64,000 bases of DNA from contig VRVR01000036.1 in assembly GCA_009859145.1 (NCBI GenBank), positions 29,383 through 93,382 on the forward strand, given 5' to 3'. The translations under genes were made by a program, and so were the position numbers. The first letter of the stretch is position 1. Each line of letters starts with the position of its first letter. The DNA comes from Andalucia godoyi And28 (taxonomy: Eukaryota; Protista; Jakobida). The notes under the pieces were generated by a model that searched no databases, was not told the origin of the DNA, and saw only the letters and a list, made by a program, of their open reading frames with translations. Positions 15,897-27,225 of the stretch are shown here, in pieces.

Positions 15897-17763
15897 ATGG
15901 TGCATTTTCCATCTGCTGGAAAAGATAAAGCAACTGGGTTAGGGGAGAGCCGCCTCACGACTCTCGCGTTCGTCATGCTGGAGCTCTGCGATCAGATGGT
16001 CGCGGAATTCGTGTTCACCATCGGTGCCTATATGGTTATGGATTTGGGCAAAGTACCCCGAAACGAGGTTGGGTTGTTCGCTGGAGTGCTTTCCGGCGTT
16101 TACGGAACCACTCAGGCCATTTTCAGGTATGATTGTTCTACTCGGAAACCGCAGTTCGATTGCTGCATTCTTTCGTCCGAAGCGGGGAGTGGTTTATATA
16201 TTGACTTGCTTTCATGATGGATTCTGCATAGTCCGGTTTGGGGGAAAGTTTCGGATAACTTTGGACGACGAGTCTTCCTTTTGGCAGGCATTCTGCTCTC
16301 TGCATTTGCAATGATTGGGCTGGGATGCTGTCAATCTCTTGGTGCGGCGATTGCCGTGCGTGCTTTACAAGGCGCCGTATCAGGTATGCTTCTGCTGCGT
16401 GCCGGTTTTTTCTTTTTCTTTTTTCTTGCTCTGGAAGCGGTGTCTCGTGTGTAATAACTGTTCTTTTAGGAAATGCTTCGATTTTGAAGGCATCTGTTGC
16501 CGATGTCACGTTGACACTTCCAAGCCAAAAGGTTGCAGGTCTTTGGAGCAGCTGGGGCCTCGCGTGGAGCCTTGGGCGGATAGGTATGTAATCCACAACT
16601 TCCCCCCCCCCCCCCCATCCTTTCTTCATTTTTTTATTTTATTCTATTTTATTTTTTTGTTGAAGTTGAAAAGGTTGCTGATATCCTCCTTGAATTTTCT
16701 GTTTGCGCGTATAGGAGGCGCCGTAATTGCAGGCTTTTTGTGCAGACCTGCCAAGTCCTATCCTACAGCGTTCTCGGAAGATTCCGTTTGGGGCAATTTT
16801 CCATACTTACTTCCGTGCATGGTGGCGGGTACCGTCATGTTAGTAACCTTTGCTATGTCTTGGTTTTGGTATCCGGAAACTCTATTAAGGGCCCTCGAAC
16901 CGAAGGATGGAGTGACAAGCATGTCGTCGCAGATGGATCATGGTTCCTGCATTGCCTCAACACAGACAAAAGGGGAGGAACTGACTAGTCTTGCAAACCT
17001 TGGTGCGGGGTGCGGGGGAGATATTGCTTCGTCTGACGAGAGAACGACTTTGTTGTCCGCTTCAGAGAAGACGAAGGACAAGAAGAAGCAGAAACGCCCA
17101 GGAAAGTCTATCTTTCTGAAGCTCCTCAAAATTCCTACTGTTTTGCTGTTTTCATTTATCACTCAAATAATGTGGTTCACGTACATTATGTTTGATGAAG
17201 CCTTTGGCATCTGGGCTATATCAGATGGCGGTTTTCGGTTCACTCCGGCTGATCTTGGATATTTTTTTGCTGCCAACGGAGCGATCATTCTTCTCGTCCA
17301 GTTCTTCTTGTATAAGCACATTGCTGCCAACATTTCACTGATCTCGCAGTTTTCGTTTGGTGCTCTATTGAACGCCGTGTTCTACTCGCTGTACCCCTTG
17401 TACGCTATGGCGTTGTCCCATTCTGTTGCGCTTGGTTGGTTTTCGTTGATTGCGGGGACGGCCTGTCTTATCGTGTCGGCCAACTCTGCACTGCTGTCAT
17501 TCAACACCATTGTGAATGCATCGACATCAGATGCTACTTCCTTTGGAGCGTTGAATGGTCTGCTTCAAGTATACATCGGTATTGCCAAAAGCGCAGGAGC
17601 CTTTGTTGGTGGCGTGATTGTCGCTTGGGAACTAAACAACGGTCTCGGATTTCCCTTTAATTCGTGGTTTATCTTTTTGCTGCTTGCTGTCCTACAGATT
17701 TTCGTTGCTGCACCAGGGTTTATTTTCAAAAAAGTCCTGCTTCGGCCTCTTGATGTCGCATAG
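15897..17763 (+). CDS. MFS transporter (ZIFL/YCR023C-like), 4 exons: 15897-16126, 16232-16383, 16470-16583, 16715-17763 (514 aa)
   Basis: Removing three GT-AG introns (16127-16231, 16384-16469, 16584-16714; all with GTATG donors) gives a 1545-nt open frame. It contains MFS motif A (WGKVSDNFGRR), RALQG, and GFLCRPAKSYP. Confidence 0.85.
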
Positions 17764-17985
17764 CTCGGACACTTGTCACAACACAAAGTACTCCATCTGA
17801 GACAGCTCGGGTGAATGGCTGCGAGCGTTCGCTGCAGCGTACGGTCCTTGGTTCCACGAATCTCAGGGAGACATTTCGCAGATGGGTTATTCGTCATCTG
17901 TTGTCGTTGCTCAGCGTCCTTCGGCTCGAATAGCATGGCATAAAACTAATTCTGTGGATGGACTTTTCAACGGATGAGTATTAAT

Positions 17986-17987
<2 letters not shown>

Positions 17988-18063
<76 letters not shown>
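17988..18063. repeat. (CT)n microsatellite
   Basis: Uninterrupted TC dinucleotide run between two convergent genes. Confidence 0.95.
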
Positions 18064-18068
<5 letters not shown>

Positions 18069-18243
18069 TCTTTTTGTTTTGTTTCAGTTTTGTGTTTCCT
18101 TACGTTTTTTGAGGGATTGACTGTATTGGAATAGCGATCTTGTTCAGCAGCGACATTCTGGGGGCGGGTAATAATTAAAAAAGAGAAAGAAAGAAAGAAA
18201 GAAAAGTAACAAAGGTAAGCGGTGTACCCTTGCCTTCTTAAAA

Positions 18244-19500
18244 TCAGCACTGGTGGTCGACTGCATCTGCCGATGGCTGTGCAGAAGCATCGATGGCTTG
18301 CGAAACGTCAACATTCGGATCTTCAACCATCGGATGATCGTTCGTCTCCACAGGAACATCACCGTCGGGATGGCCCTCTGGTAACGGCTCTCCACTATCG
18401 TCTGTTTTGGAGCGCCCCACCCGTTGCTGGGGCGGGCGGTCGGGAAACTCCCCAGTTTCTCTCACATGCTTCAGTGCCTCTTCAGACAAGCGAAGAGCCT
18501 CGGGGCATCTTTCATCGTTCGATTTCTCCAGATTACGCCACTTGTCCTTGAGATCCACGGTGGATCTGTCAAGAAATTCATAGGTGTCGAGAATGGCACG
18601 CCAATTTCCCTTGCCAAACCGAGCCACGCCATCAAGAAGATTTGCAATTTCCTGCTCCGTGAATTTGCGACGTCTCTTTAACACGCGCTGGAGCGAATCG
18701 TCATCTCCAGATATGTGTCCGCCATTCTCCAGCCCGGTCAGACGCGCACGCTTTACTTCTCCTAGGCCGAGCCCGTGTTCATCCACCACTTCCTCGTCGA
18801 CTTGCGGAACATCCTCAAAATCTTCTTCTCCTAGCCCACCCTCTGGGGAGGGTCGCTTTCTGCTCTTGTTCTTTCGTTTCGTGGTAGATCCCGGAACCGC
18901 CGATGCATCGGAGTCCCCCTTCATCAGTCCTTCCTCGTGCTTGCCGACTGCGCACGACACGTCGGATCTCAACTTTTCTGCGATACCCCGCTGGTTGCCA
19001 TTCTGCAAGAGACTCCAAGACCCTTGGGGTGCTTGGACTTGCGCTGCTGCTGGCGGTGCAAGGATGTTTGGGCTCGCATTGCGCAACATCCGCTCAAGCA
19101 AAGATGGTCGGAACTGCTCAATAATCGGTTCCAGAAAGTTGCGCATTTCCGCACGAACAATCTGACGAGCACTTTCAGTGTATCCCTGTGTGGAAAACGT
19201 CGACAATTTGCGAAGCAGCGTGTTCAGCGCTACTGACGTGGATCCCGGAAACGCGTGGAGCAAAGCCTCGTGAGCAGAGGCAAAGTTTGGTGGCTCTTCC
19301 TCAAGCGAGGCCAGCGCCGACACCATAAACATGGAGGATTGCAAATGTGGCATAACAGGGGAATCGAGCAACTGGTGACCCTCAGACATTGCCGCTTGCA
19401 TAGCAACTGACGCAAGCTGTGGATATCCATGTAAGATTGCGTACTCGACAATAATGCCGAGAGGATGCATCGAGGAGACAGATTGTCCAACGGCAGCCAT
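18244..19500 (-). CDS. TRF-like telobox Myb telomere-repeat-binding protein, 418 aa
   Basis: Single Myb/SANT domain RRRKFTEQEIANLLDGVARFGKGNWRAIL...RSTVDLKDKWRNL (about 18525-18680) carrying the telobox signature LKDKWRNL. Confidence 0.8.
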   Translation of the reverse strand: MAAVGQSVSSMHPLGIIVEYAILHGYPQLASVAMQAAMSEGHQLLDSPVMPHLQSSMFMVSALASLEEEPPNFASAHEALLHAFPGSTSVALNTLLRKLSTFSTQGYTESARQIVRAEMRNFLEPIIEQFRPSLLERMLRNASPNILAPPAAAQVQAPQGSWSLLQNGNQRGIAEKLRSDVSCAVGKHEEGLMKGDSDASAVPGSTTKRKNKSRKRPSPEGGLGEEDFEDVPQVDEEVVDEHGLGLGEVKRARLTGLENGGHISGDDDSLQRVLKRRRKFTEQEIANLLDGVARFGKGNWRAILDTYEFLDRSTVDLKDKWRNLEKSNDERCPEALRLSEEALKHVRETGEFPDRPPQQRVGRSKTDDSGEPLPEGHPDGDVPVETNDHPMVEDPNVDVSQAIDASAQPSADAVDHQC

Positions 19501-20015
19501 CGTGAGTATAAGTGTGAGTGTGAGTGTGGAAGATGGTGCGTGTGTGTGTGTGTGGGGTTTCTCCTCGACGTCGTATTTGTACCTGAATTTTTCTGCTTGG
19601 GTTCGTGCGTCGTGTTTCGGGGGCGTGGGAATTGTGGAGAAGACACAAGATAAACGAGAAAGAAGGAAACCCTGACGAGAATAGGAGAGGGCAAAGACGA
19701 AACCCTGTTCGAGGGTAACAGGGTTGATCGGTCCTCAAGTGTGCAACGATTAGGCCCATGAAAAATCGCGCGCCAATTCAAACGGCCTTGAATCCCACGT
19801 TCCGATTTAAAGTTCTCGCCGTCCGATTTTCAAAAAACGGGCCCGGTTAAAATGCCCATTGCATTTCCTTTACAGCTCCCCGATTTATTTTCCTTTTGCA
19901 TACAGCATTCTTCAAATCCTCAAGCATGCAAAGCCTGCTTGAGCCCTCTTTGTTAAACTATGGCTTTTCCTCCTTTCTCTCTGTGTGTTTCTTTCTTTTG
20001 TGAGTGAGTGAGCGA

Positions 20016-20049
<34 letters not shown>

Positions 20050-20078
20050 ATCATCGATTCACAGAACATACAATCTCC

Positions 20079-20300
20079 ATGAATTTGCTGTCGGTCGACG
20101 GAGTCTTCTGTGCTCTGCTGTTGTTCATATGCATGTCAACCTACCTGTCTCGCTATCCATTTTTCAGAAGCAAGCTGCATGCTGATCGCCAAGGACCCAT
20201 GAGCTTTTTCTACAAGACTGCGGTCATCGGACGGCGGCTTTCAATCCCAGTCTCTATCCTCTGCTTGCTCTCGTCGCTGTACGTCATTTTCCTCCGGTGA
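20079..20300 (+). CDS. TMEM167: Protein kish (TMEM167B-like), 73 aa
   Basis: MNLLSVDGVFCALLLFICMSTYL...GPMSFFYKTAVIGRRLSIPVSILCLLSSLYVIF matches the kish-B pattern (SLDG..LLFxCTCAY...FYKAAVIGxRL). Confidence 0.85.
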   Translation: MNLLSVDGVFCALLLFICMSTYLSRYPFFRSKLHADRQGPMSFFYKTAVIGRRLSIPVSILCLLSSLYVIFLR

Positions 20301-20513
20301 TATGCGACAACTGACCATGCCGACATATCCGCCCATCCACACTTTTTTTTCTCCTCCGACGAACTCGCATACCCAAGATGGTGGTGGTCCACATGGATAT
20401 TTCTTCTTGATTCACAAATCATCAATTGTATTATAAAAGTCTAATGTCTTATTATGGCTGGGATACAACTCCGGCTACGGATGCTGGTACTCTCGCAGTA
20501 ATACCAGAACTGA

Positions 20514-23500
20514 TTACTCGCGGGAGCGGACGCGCTTTGCTTTCCGTTGCACATCCTTCTTCCGATTCTTCTTCATCTTGGAAGCGGTGTGACGAGCAGG
20601 ATCCGCCACTGCCATTTCGGCCAACTCGCGTTTTCTTGACATCCGCTTTTCCGTGACCTCGGTTCGCGCAGTTTTGTACCAGTCCCACCACGTTTTGTCG
20701 TCGAGCTTCGTGGAAATCACCGACTTGGCCATTTCAATGAATTCGGAAAGAGACTCCTTGGCTGCAGTACTGATCTCTGTGTCGTCCTTGTCCGACACAA
20801 TGACAACAGACGGCAGCATGGTACGAACCCAAGTCATGTCGCTTGCGACATGCAGGAGAGCTGCCAACACTCGGCACCCATACAAAATATGTTCGCTGCG
20901 CACAAATGGCTGTCTCCAGATATGGGATAGCGTGGAGAAACACGTGGTCCACTCCGCACTGTCCTGCTCCACAAGCTGCAGGAGCCCGATCACATTGCGA
21001 ATGGACTGTGGGGAACCATGAGCACTGTCATCTGCCTTTTCAAACAAGAACGCAGCGGCTTCTCGAGACACCACAGGAGAAAACACTGCAGAGTACTTTT
21101 TGGAAAGGATAAACCCGATCACCCGGTGTGTCTGATCCGCGACATCGGGGTGCTCGTGCATCAGCGAGCTGCACAGGAATCGAGAGAGCGCTGGAGTCTT
21201 GGCAATTTGCGACATTGTAGAGGCGGAAGCCGACGTGAAAACCTTCTCCAGCGCCCACAGACAAGAAACAACCACCGGAGTTGAATCTGAAAGAAACGCG
21301 GAATTCAGAGAGGCGATCACCTGCTTGAGAATTGCGTAATTGGCGCTGACTGTCGACGCCCAAACCAACGTGGCAGGCCACGACGTCGATGAATGATCGA
21401 GCAAGGAAGCCAAATCTTTCTCAATCAGAAGTTTGGGTGCTTTTTCTGCAATCAGACGCCCAACAGAAGCATAGCTGTTTTCCCGAAATGACGACGTTTC
21501 CTCGACTTTCACAGACGTCCATTTGACATAGCCAGCAAGGACAGAGTGCCAAGGGATGTCTTCGACAGAAGACGCCTTCTCAATCACAAGTGCAAGGAGA
21601 GAAGGGACTTCGGGCGTCCGATCGTCCAGGCCACCCAGAACGAGCGTTTCCAAAGCAGCCTTCAGCTTTCCTTTCGGGAGCGGGAGTTCGATGAGAGCAT
21701 GGTAAGCGGCTCTTGAGCATTCACGACCGACTTCTTTGGGAGTCGACGGGTTCACGAGGCGCTCGATCAGATCTTCGAGGATCCTCAAAACTCCAGAATG
21801 AGCGACTTTCAACGAAATCAAAGCACGATACAAACTCAGAGACTCCGTTGAGGGCAGATTAATGCGGACTAGCCCGATGAGTCTCTCGTCCAACTCAACG
21901 TGCTCAGAACACTTGCGAATCAACATGGCGAGAGACCCCATCGCCTCGTGTTTGACAAACAACCTTTGGAGCTTGTTCACTTGCGAAGATGACAATGGAA
22001 TGTTCTTGTCAACAAGATGAGACAAACAACGAAGGGACTCGGGAGATTGCACGGACAGGTTCAGCAAGAGCGGGAGGAACCCATACACCAAGGCGGCATC
22101 CAGCGGACAAGAGTGCAACAGCCCGTCCAGGAGCGAGACACCAAACTCCAACACAATTCCCTGCATGTTCGAGTTCGTTGTCATGGAAGACACGGCACCC
22201 TTCTGGAAAAGAGCACCGGGATCCATTTCCACCAGCCACACGTTTTGTTTTTCCAGCTTGGAGCGCAGATCTCCATGCGGCAGCGTTTGCATACCATTCT
22301 GCAAAATGACCCCATACACCCACGTGACTGCTCCTTTTCTTTCCGCGATGTCGGACGTCTTGCGAACGATTTCCACAATTCGCGATTGAACAGCCTGCAG
22401 ACCGTCACGTAAACGGTTTTCCATGGATGACACAAATGAAACTGCCAGCATCCGCTCAAAGACCATTCTCGATTGCTCTGTGGTCAATACGCAATTCTGC
22501 AGAAACTTCTGAAAACAAACTTTTGGTGCATCCATTGCGGCCTCATGAACGTCAACAAGCTTTCTCTGCTCTTCGAGCATGCGTTTGTTTGCATAATCGT
22601 CAATGCATATGTCCAGCAGCGTCTCTGAAAACTGAACGCAGCCCTTTTCAATCGCTTGCAGCAACGAAAAGGATCGGCAATGTGCGATGTACCCCATGGA
22701 CGGCAGCTTTTGCAGGCCACGCAGAAACGAAACATCCGATCCGCACAATGACACACATGACACGATCTTTGCATACAGTGCGTCACGGGCAGACTGGGAA
22801 CGGTTTCGCAATGCTCCTGTGAGTGTCGTAAAAAACCAATCAAACTCGGAACCGTCCTTTTGCAGGTAATTCAACAAATGACACAGAGGAAGACACAGTA
22901 CTGCAGCATACTTGCCAAACAGCGTCCGAATCCGTGGCCATGATTTTTCGGCAAGAGCTCGGATGGAGGGATCAGCGTGCTGGGGAAAACAGGAAACCAG
23001 AGCAGACAGCACATGCTCTTGCCCTTCAAAGGTACTGTCTTCTGCTTCGGAAATCTTTTCCAGCTTGGACAACGACGAAAACAAAGATTTCGAGATCACT
23101 TTGGAGCGTACATTTAGAAACACCGCAGAGGCAGTGGCGGACACTTTGGAAATCCAGTGGGTCTTCTTGGCACCCGCGCAATCCAAAAGCAGCCGCACGG
23201 ATAATGGAAAGATGACTTTTTGGATAACATCCTCCGGGAACTCCTTCAAGGACAGATCCAAAAACGCTTCAACGCGAGATGCCAACGATGCAGTATTAAT
23301 TGCATGAAACCACCGAATTCCGGTAAGAGCGTGAGAGACTCTCAGTGCATATCTGGATCCACTGTCGTCAAATATCAATCGTCCGCACATCGACATCAAT
23401 GTCTCGCGAGAATAGCTTCTTCCCTTCACGGATCGAAGCATGGAATCTGAAAGCAGCGAACGGGCATCCACAAGCGGATATGTCTCAAAATCCTTGGACT

Positions 23501-26500
23501 TCTCGATACAGGATGAAAATGTGAATTCCGCGTGGGCCAGCCAACACGGTGACAGGCACAAGCATGCATCGACTTTGTCGGTGTTCTGAAAGAAAGCTTG
23601 AAGGGGATCCATTCGCACATCATGAAGAGACAGGAGAATCGAGAATTCCGGTATTTGGAGGGAAAACGTCTGAATGCAGCGACGACGGATGTCAATGTCA
23701 AGCATGGTACGCAAGACTTTAGCAATTGAACATTCGTATTTTTCAAAAATTGCAGATGGAAATCGCTCAGAAAGATCCAAAAAACAGGAGAGAGAACCAG
23801 CGAATCGCAAGAAAGAGTTAAGAGACTGGCAAAGCCCGAGGACGTGATCCAACCTCAGGTCAGCATGCTTCGATATGTGGGAGATCAAGTCGAGGAACAG
23901 AGAGCGATCCGTCAGACTTACGAGAAGACGATTCACAATCAGATCCACATATTCAGAAGTAAGACTCAGTTTGGAAATGTAGTCTGACATGAGCTCAGCC
24001 AAAGCACGATAGTCCGAGAAATGAAGGTGGACAATCGGAATCATGTCAATAAGAAGTCGCAGAATGCGCTCCTCGCTGCAAAACACAGAAGGAAATTCTG
24101 ACAACACACTGAACACTTCAGGAGATTGGTCCTTGCTTCCGTCATGGGCAGAGTATGTCTCAGAAAATCGGGGAAGTCCCACCATATGTTGCAAAACGCG
24201 ATCCCTCAGAAGAGCAATCACATCGATCTTGGACAGCAATGAGGGGGTCTTGTTATTCACCAAGGCAACAGCCCGCAGACACCCTTTCATGTCCAGCTGC
24301 AACGAAAGCAATAGAAGCTTCTCCCAGTCATCCTCCAACAAGTGCACAGACTCCTCCTTGGAGATGTCAACAAGATGATTGACAAAGCCAACTTTTTGCC
24401 TGTCTCGTTCAATGTGCAACATCTTTGCAACGAGAATAGAAGACAGCGAAGTTGGAGAAAACTTGGCGTATGTTCGAATGACAGACAGCTTCAATTTAGA
24501 ATTGGACGGATGGGAGAATTTGTTCCACAACAAGGAGCCACACACGCGCAAGATGACATCATCCGACTCAATAGCGTGGACGGGTAACAATAAAAGTTCC
24601 TCGCGGCCGTCTTCCAGAGTGCCAAAGAACAAGTCGCGATATGGCTTCAGTTTCTTCGCATAAGCAACAAACAGGCACTCTAGGGCTTCCTTTGCGAGAG
24701 ACTGATTCTCCAAAGCTGCAAAAAAGAAGGGATGCCCTTCTAAATGCTTCATATGGGTCAGAAGTGACAGTAAATCGCGCTGAACAACGGTCGGTATTCC
24801 GGTATCGCTCTCAGTCAAAAAGTGAATAATCTGCCGTTTGTGCACAAACGATTGATCGATGCAATCCTGATGAGACATCGCCATCAACAACACTTTCGAC
24901 AAATGCTTGGTCACTTCTACAACCGAAAAAGCAAACTTTTCAGCAAAGAATGACCAAGACGACTCCCAAAACGCATCCGTCTTTCCTGCTATCGCAGCAA
25001 TGCAGACAGACAGTGGAACGGCCATGGTGGACAGCGGGACAAGACTCGCACCCAAAAATGCCCGGAGTACGCACTCAGAGTGTCTGCCGTCTGATGAAAT
25101 CAGCGAGGGAACGAATGGTGTCCATTTTTGAATAACCAGCGGTCGCTGTCTCGAGGCGACAAACGCTTGTGATGAGTCGAAAACAGAGGTTACTTCAGAG
25201 AGATCCGTCCAAAACGAGGTGTTCCGGTCGTCACAGGCAGAGATGAGTTCGCAAGACAACGATCGAACATCTGCGTCTACAGAACAAAGATTCTCACAAA
25301 TAGCAGAATAGAGATCGGACGCGATTGCGGTGAAAGAGAGCGTAGAATTCTGGATCACAGTGGCCACGCCTCGCAACAGCGCGGCAGAGCTCGGATACTT
25401 GCAGATGTACGTCAAAACATGGGACGGTGACAAATCAAACAGCAAAGAATGAGAGTCCAAGTTGACGACCGCAGAGATTGCATTCCCAAGTTGGTCTTCA
25501 CTGAGATCTCGTCGGAGTAGTTCCTGAACAAGTTTTGAAAATGGCTTGTGTTCCCTGAGGGACAATCGAGGAAGAAGACCAAGAAATGGAATCAAGTCAT
25601 CAGCAGTTGCCACAGAGAGTTTGATGGGCAGTCCGACGACAGTGCCTTCAAATGCTGACCAGTGCTCCAGAAACACTGACTGATGATGAGCATAAAGTTC
25701 CAGGGCGAAATCCCGAGACGAACGAAGTTTCTCTGGAACAAATCCCAAATACGCAGCAATCCTGGATGCCACGGGCAATGGCAATGTATCTGCAACGACC
25801 TCGAAGAACTCTGGACAGACTGTGCGTTCGTCCACAGAGGCACTCCATTCGTGGACGATCCGCTCATCCCAGGCTTTTCTGAAAATGGAGCGTTTCAAAA
25901 GAACCGCCAACAACTTGAACATTGATTGGATCACCAATTGCTGAAGCAGAGGCATTACGCCCTCTTCCTCATGGCTAATCTCCTCCATCAAAACCACACA
26001 AACCTTCTCAGCTTCGGGAAACGGCATGTCCATCCAGATTGAAAACAGCGTTCGAAATTTGCTGTGTACTCTCCCTTGCACCCCGATCATCCCGTACGCA
26101 ACCATCAGCGGAAATGCTTCTCCGAGGCCCAACTCCCTGACCAGCGACAATTTCGATGGTTCCAGTTGCACAAAGAACGAGCGAAAAGCCTTTGCTGCAA
26201 GAACCTGTAATCGCTCCACAGCATCCGACGCCCAATACTTGAGCAGTTTGGACAGCAAGCTCTTCAGCGTATCCACTGTCATTTTTTTTCGAATGCACAC
26301 GCTTAGGAGAACCTGCGATGTCTGCAAAACAGCTTCGCACAAGTCCAGAAAATCAGTAAGGCCCGAAAAATCAATTGTGGAATATCGAGTGACGAGCGAT
26401 GACCACGGATCCAACTCCATCTCATTTTCCATCTCAAAGATAAATACTCTAAACGCGCTCAGTATGCTGTTTAGCGACGTGTGCTTCTCCACAACCGCCT

Positions 26501-26789
26501 TTTCGACAAATGACAAGAAATGATCGATCAGTTTTGGCAACACGAACTTCATCGCATCTTTGTCGCGCGACACAAACCGAACTGGACGCGCAAACGACAC
26601 GTACAGCGGAGCCAAGTCCAGGTCCTCCAGCCGTTCTAACTCATCAAACAAGCTCTGCGATGCAACCGTGATTTTGCGCGACAATGCCGGATTCGTCGCT
26701 TTTGTCGCCTCCGACAACGTCCTATGCACATACCGATTTGCTTCTCGAGAAGACGCAAACTCGGGATTGAACTGCGTAAGCGGATCCAT
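20514..26789 (-). CDS. UTP20: U3 snoRNA-associated protein 20 (HEAT-repeat), ~2091 aa, intronless
   Basis: Large helical-repeat protein with MGYIAHCRSFSLL (DRIM region) and the basic C-terminus KRMSRKRELAEMAVADPARHTASKMKKNRKK typical of UTP20. Confidence 0.78.
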   Translation of the reverse strand: MDPLTQFNPEFASSREANRYVHRTLSEATKATNPALSRKITVASQSLFDELERLEDLDLAPLYVSFARPVRFVSRDKDAMKFVLPKLIDHFLSFVEKAVVEKHTSLNSILSAFRVFIFEMENEMELDPWSSLVTRYSTIDFSGLTDFLDLCEAVLQTSQVLLSVCIRKKMTVDTLKSLLSKLLKYWASDAVERLQVLAAKAFRSFFVQLEPSKLSLVRELGLGEAFPLMVAYGMIGVQGRVHSKFRTLFSIWMDMPFPEAEKVCVVLMEEISHEEEGVMPLLQQLVIQSMFKLLAVLLKRSIFRKAWDERIVHEWSASVDERTVCPEFFEVVADTLPLPVASRIAAYLGFVPEKLRSSRDFALELYAHHQSVFLEHWSAFEGTVVGLPIKLSVATADDLIPFLGLLPRLSLREHKPFSKLVQELLRRDLSEDQLGNAISAVVNLDSHSLLFDLSPSHVLTYICKYPSSAALLRGVATVIQNSTLSFTAIASDLYSAICENLCSVDADVRSLSCELISACDDRNTSFWTDLSEVTSVFDSSQAFVASRQRPLVIQKWTPFVPSLISSDGRHSECVLRAFLGASLVPLSTMAVPLSVCIAAIAGKTDAFWESSWSFFAEKFAFSVVEVTKHLSKVLLMAMSHQDCIDQSFVHKRQIIHFLTESDTGIPTVVQRDLLSLLTHMKHLEGHPFFFAALENQSLAKEALECLFVAYAKKLKPYRDLFFGTLEDGREELLLLPVHAIESDDVILRVCGSLLWNKFSHPSNSKLKLSVIRTYAKFSPTSLSSILVAKMLHIERDRQKVGFVNHLVDISKEESVHLLEDDWEKLLLLSLQLDMKGCLRAVALVNNKTPSLLSKIDVIALLRDRVLQHMVGLPRFSETYSAHDGSKDQSPEVFSVLSEFPSVFCSEERILRLLIDMIPIVHLHFSDYRALAELMSDYISKLSLTSEYVDLIVNRLLVSLTDRSLFLDLISHISKHADLRLDHVLGLCQSLNSFLRFAGSLSCFLDLSERFPSAIFEKYECSIAKVLRTMLDIDIRRRCIQTFSLQIPEFSILLSLHDVRMDPLQAFFQNTDKVDACLCLSPCWLAHAEFTFSSCIEKSKDFETYPLVDARSLLSDSMLRSVKGRSYSRETLMSMCGRLIFDDSGSRYALRVSHALTGIRWFHAINTASLASRVEAFLDLSLKEFPEDVIQKVIFPLSVRLLLDCAGAKKTHWISKVSATASAVFLNVRSKVISKSLFSSLSKLEKISEAEDSTFEGQEHVLSALVSCFPQHADPSIRALAEKSWPRIRTLFGKYAAVLCLPLCHLLNYLQKDGSEFDWFFTTLTGALRNRSQSARDALYAKIVSCVSLCGSDVSFLRGLQKLPSMGYIAHCRSFSLLQAIEKGCVQFSETLLDICIDDYANKRMLEEQRKLVDVHEAAMDAPKVCFQKFLQNCVLTTEQSRMVFERMLAVSFVSSMENRLRDGLQAVQSRIVEIVRKTSDIAERKGAVTWVYGVILQNGMQTLPHGDLRSKLEKQNVWLVEMDPGALFQKGAVSSMTTNSNMQGIVLEFGVSLLDGLLHSCPLDAALVYGFLPLLLNLSVQSPESLRCLSHLVDKNIPLSSSQVNKLQRLFVKHEAMGSLAMLIRKCSEHVELDERLIGLVRINLPSTESLSLYRALISLKVAHSGVLRILEDLIERLVNPSTPKEVGRECSRAAYHALIELPLPKGKLKAALETLVLGGLDDRTPEVPSLLALVIEKASSVEDIPWHSVLAGYVKWTSVKVEETSSFRENSYASVGRLIAEKAPKLLIEKDLASLLDHSSTSWPATLVWASTVSANYAILKQVIASLNSAFLSDSTPVVVSCLWALEKVFTSASASTMSQIAKTPALSRFLCSSLMHEHPDVADQTHRVIGFILSKKYSAVFSPVVSREAAAFLFEKADDSAHGSPQSIRNVIGLLQLVEQDSAEWTTCFSTLSHIWRQPFVRSEHILYGCRVLAALLHVASDMTWVRTMLPSVVIVSDKDDTEISTAAKESLSEFIEMAKSVISTKLDDKTWWDWYKTARTEVTEKRMSRKRELAEMAVADPARHTASKMKKNRKKDVQRKAKRVRSRE

Positions 26790-27160
26790 GCTGCCTCCCA
26801 AACGTACAACCAATCAAAAAAAGACTATACATCTAATTGAAGAAAAAGAATGATAATAATATTTTTTTTAAAACCAAAAACCATCCTGCTTGTTCGTGCT
26901 TGTCTGTTTGCTGCTCTTCCTTATTGTGCCGTCGATTCCTGTAGTTTGTAAAAAACCTCCTCCGTTCAAGAGCGAAACAGAATGGAAAGCACGGCAAGCG
27001 TCAATCGATGCAACCCCGAGTCTCCGGTCCCGCCCACCCACACACCTCTCACGCCTTGCGCCGACGTCCAAAATAACAACAACGCCGCTGTACGAGTGTG
27101 TTTCTCTTTTTGTGTTTGTTTGCTAAGTGTACTGTTTATTGTTTGATTGTTTGTTTGGTT

Positions 27161-27219
<59 letters not shown>

Positions 27220-27220
27220 G
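27161..27220. repeat. (GTT)n microsatellite immediately 5' of the ATG at 27226
   Basis: About 20 GTT units. Confidence 0.95.
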
Positions 27221-27225
27221 AAAAG

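Noticed and set aside
17981-18250. ORFs with RE/ER, poly-L/V, poly-N or poly-Y runs (also near 27.1, 29.4, 37.0, 56.8 and 63.8 kb)
   Set aside because: Translations of microsatellites, not genes.
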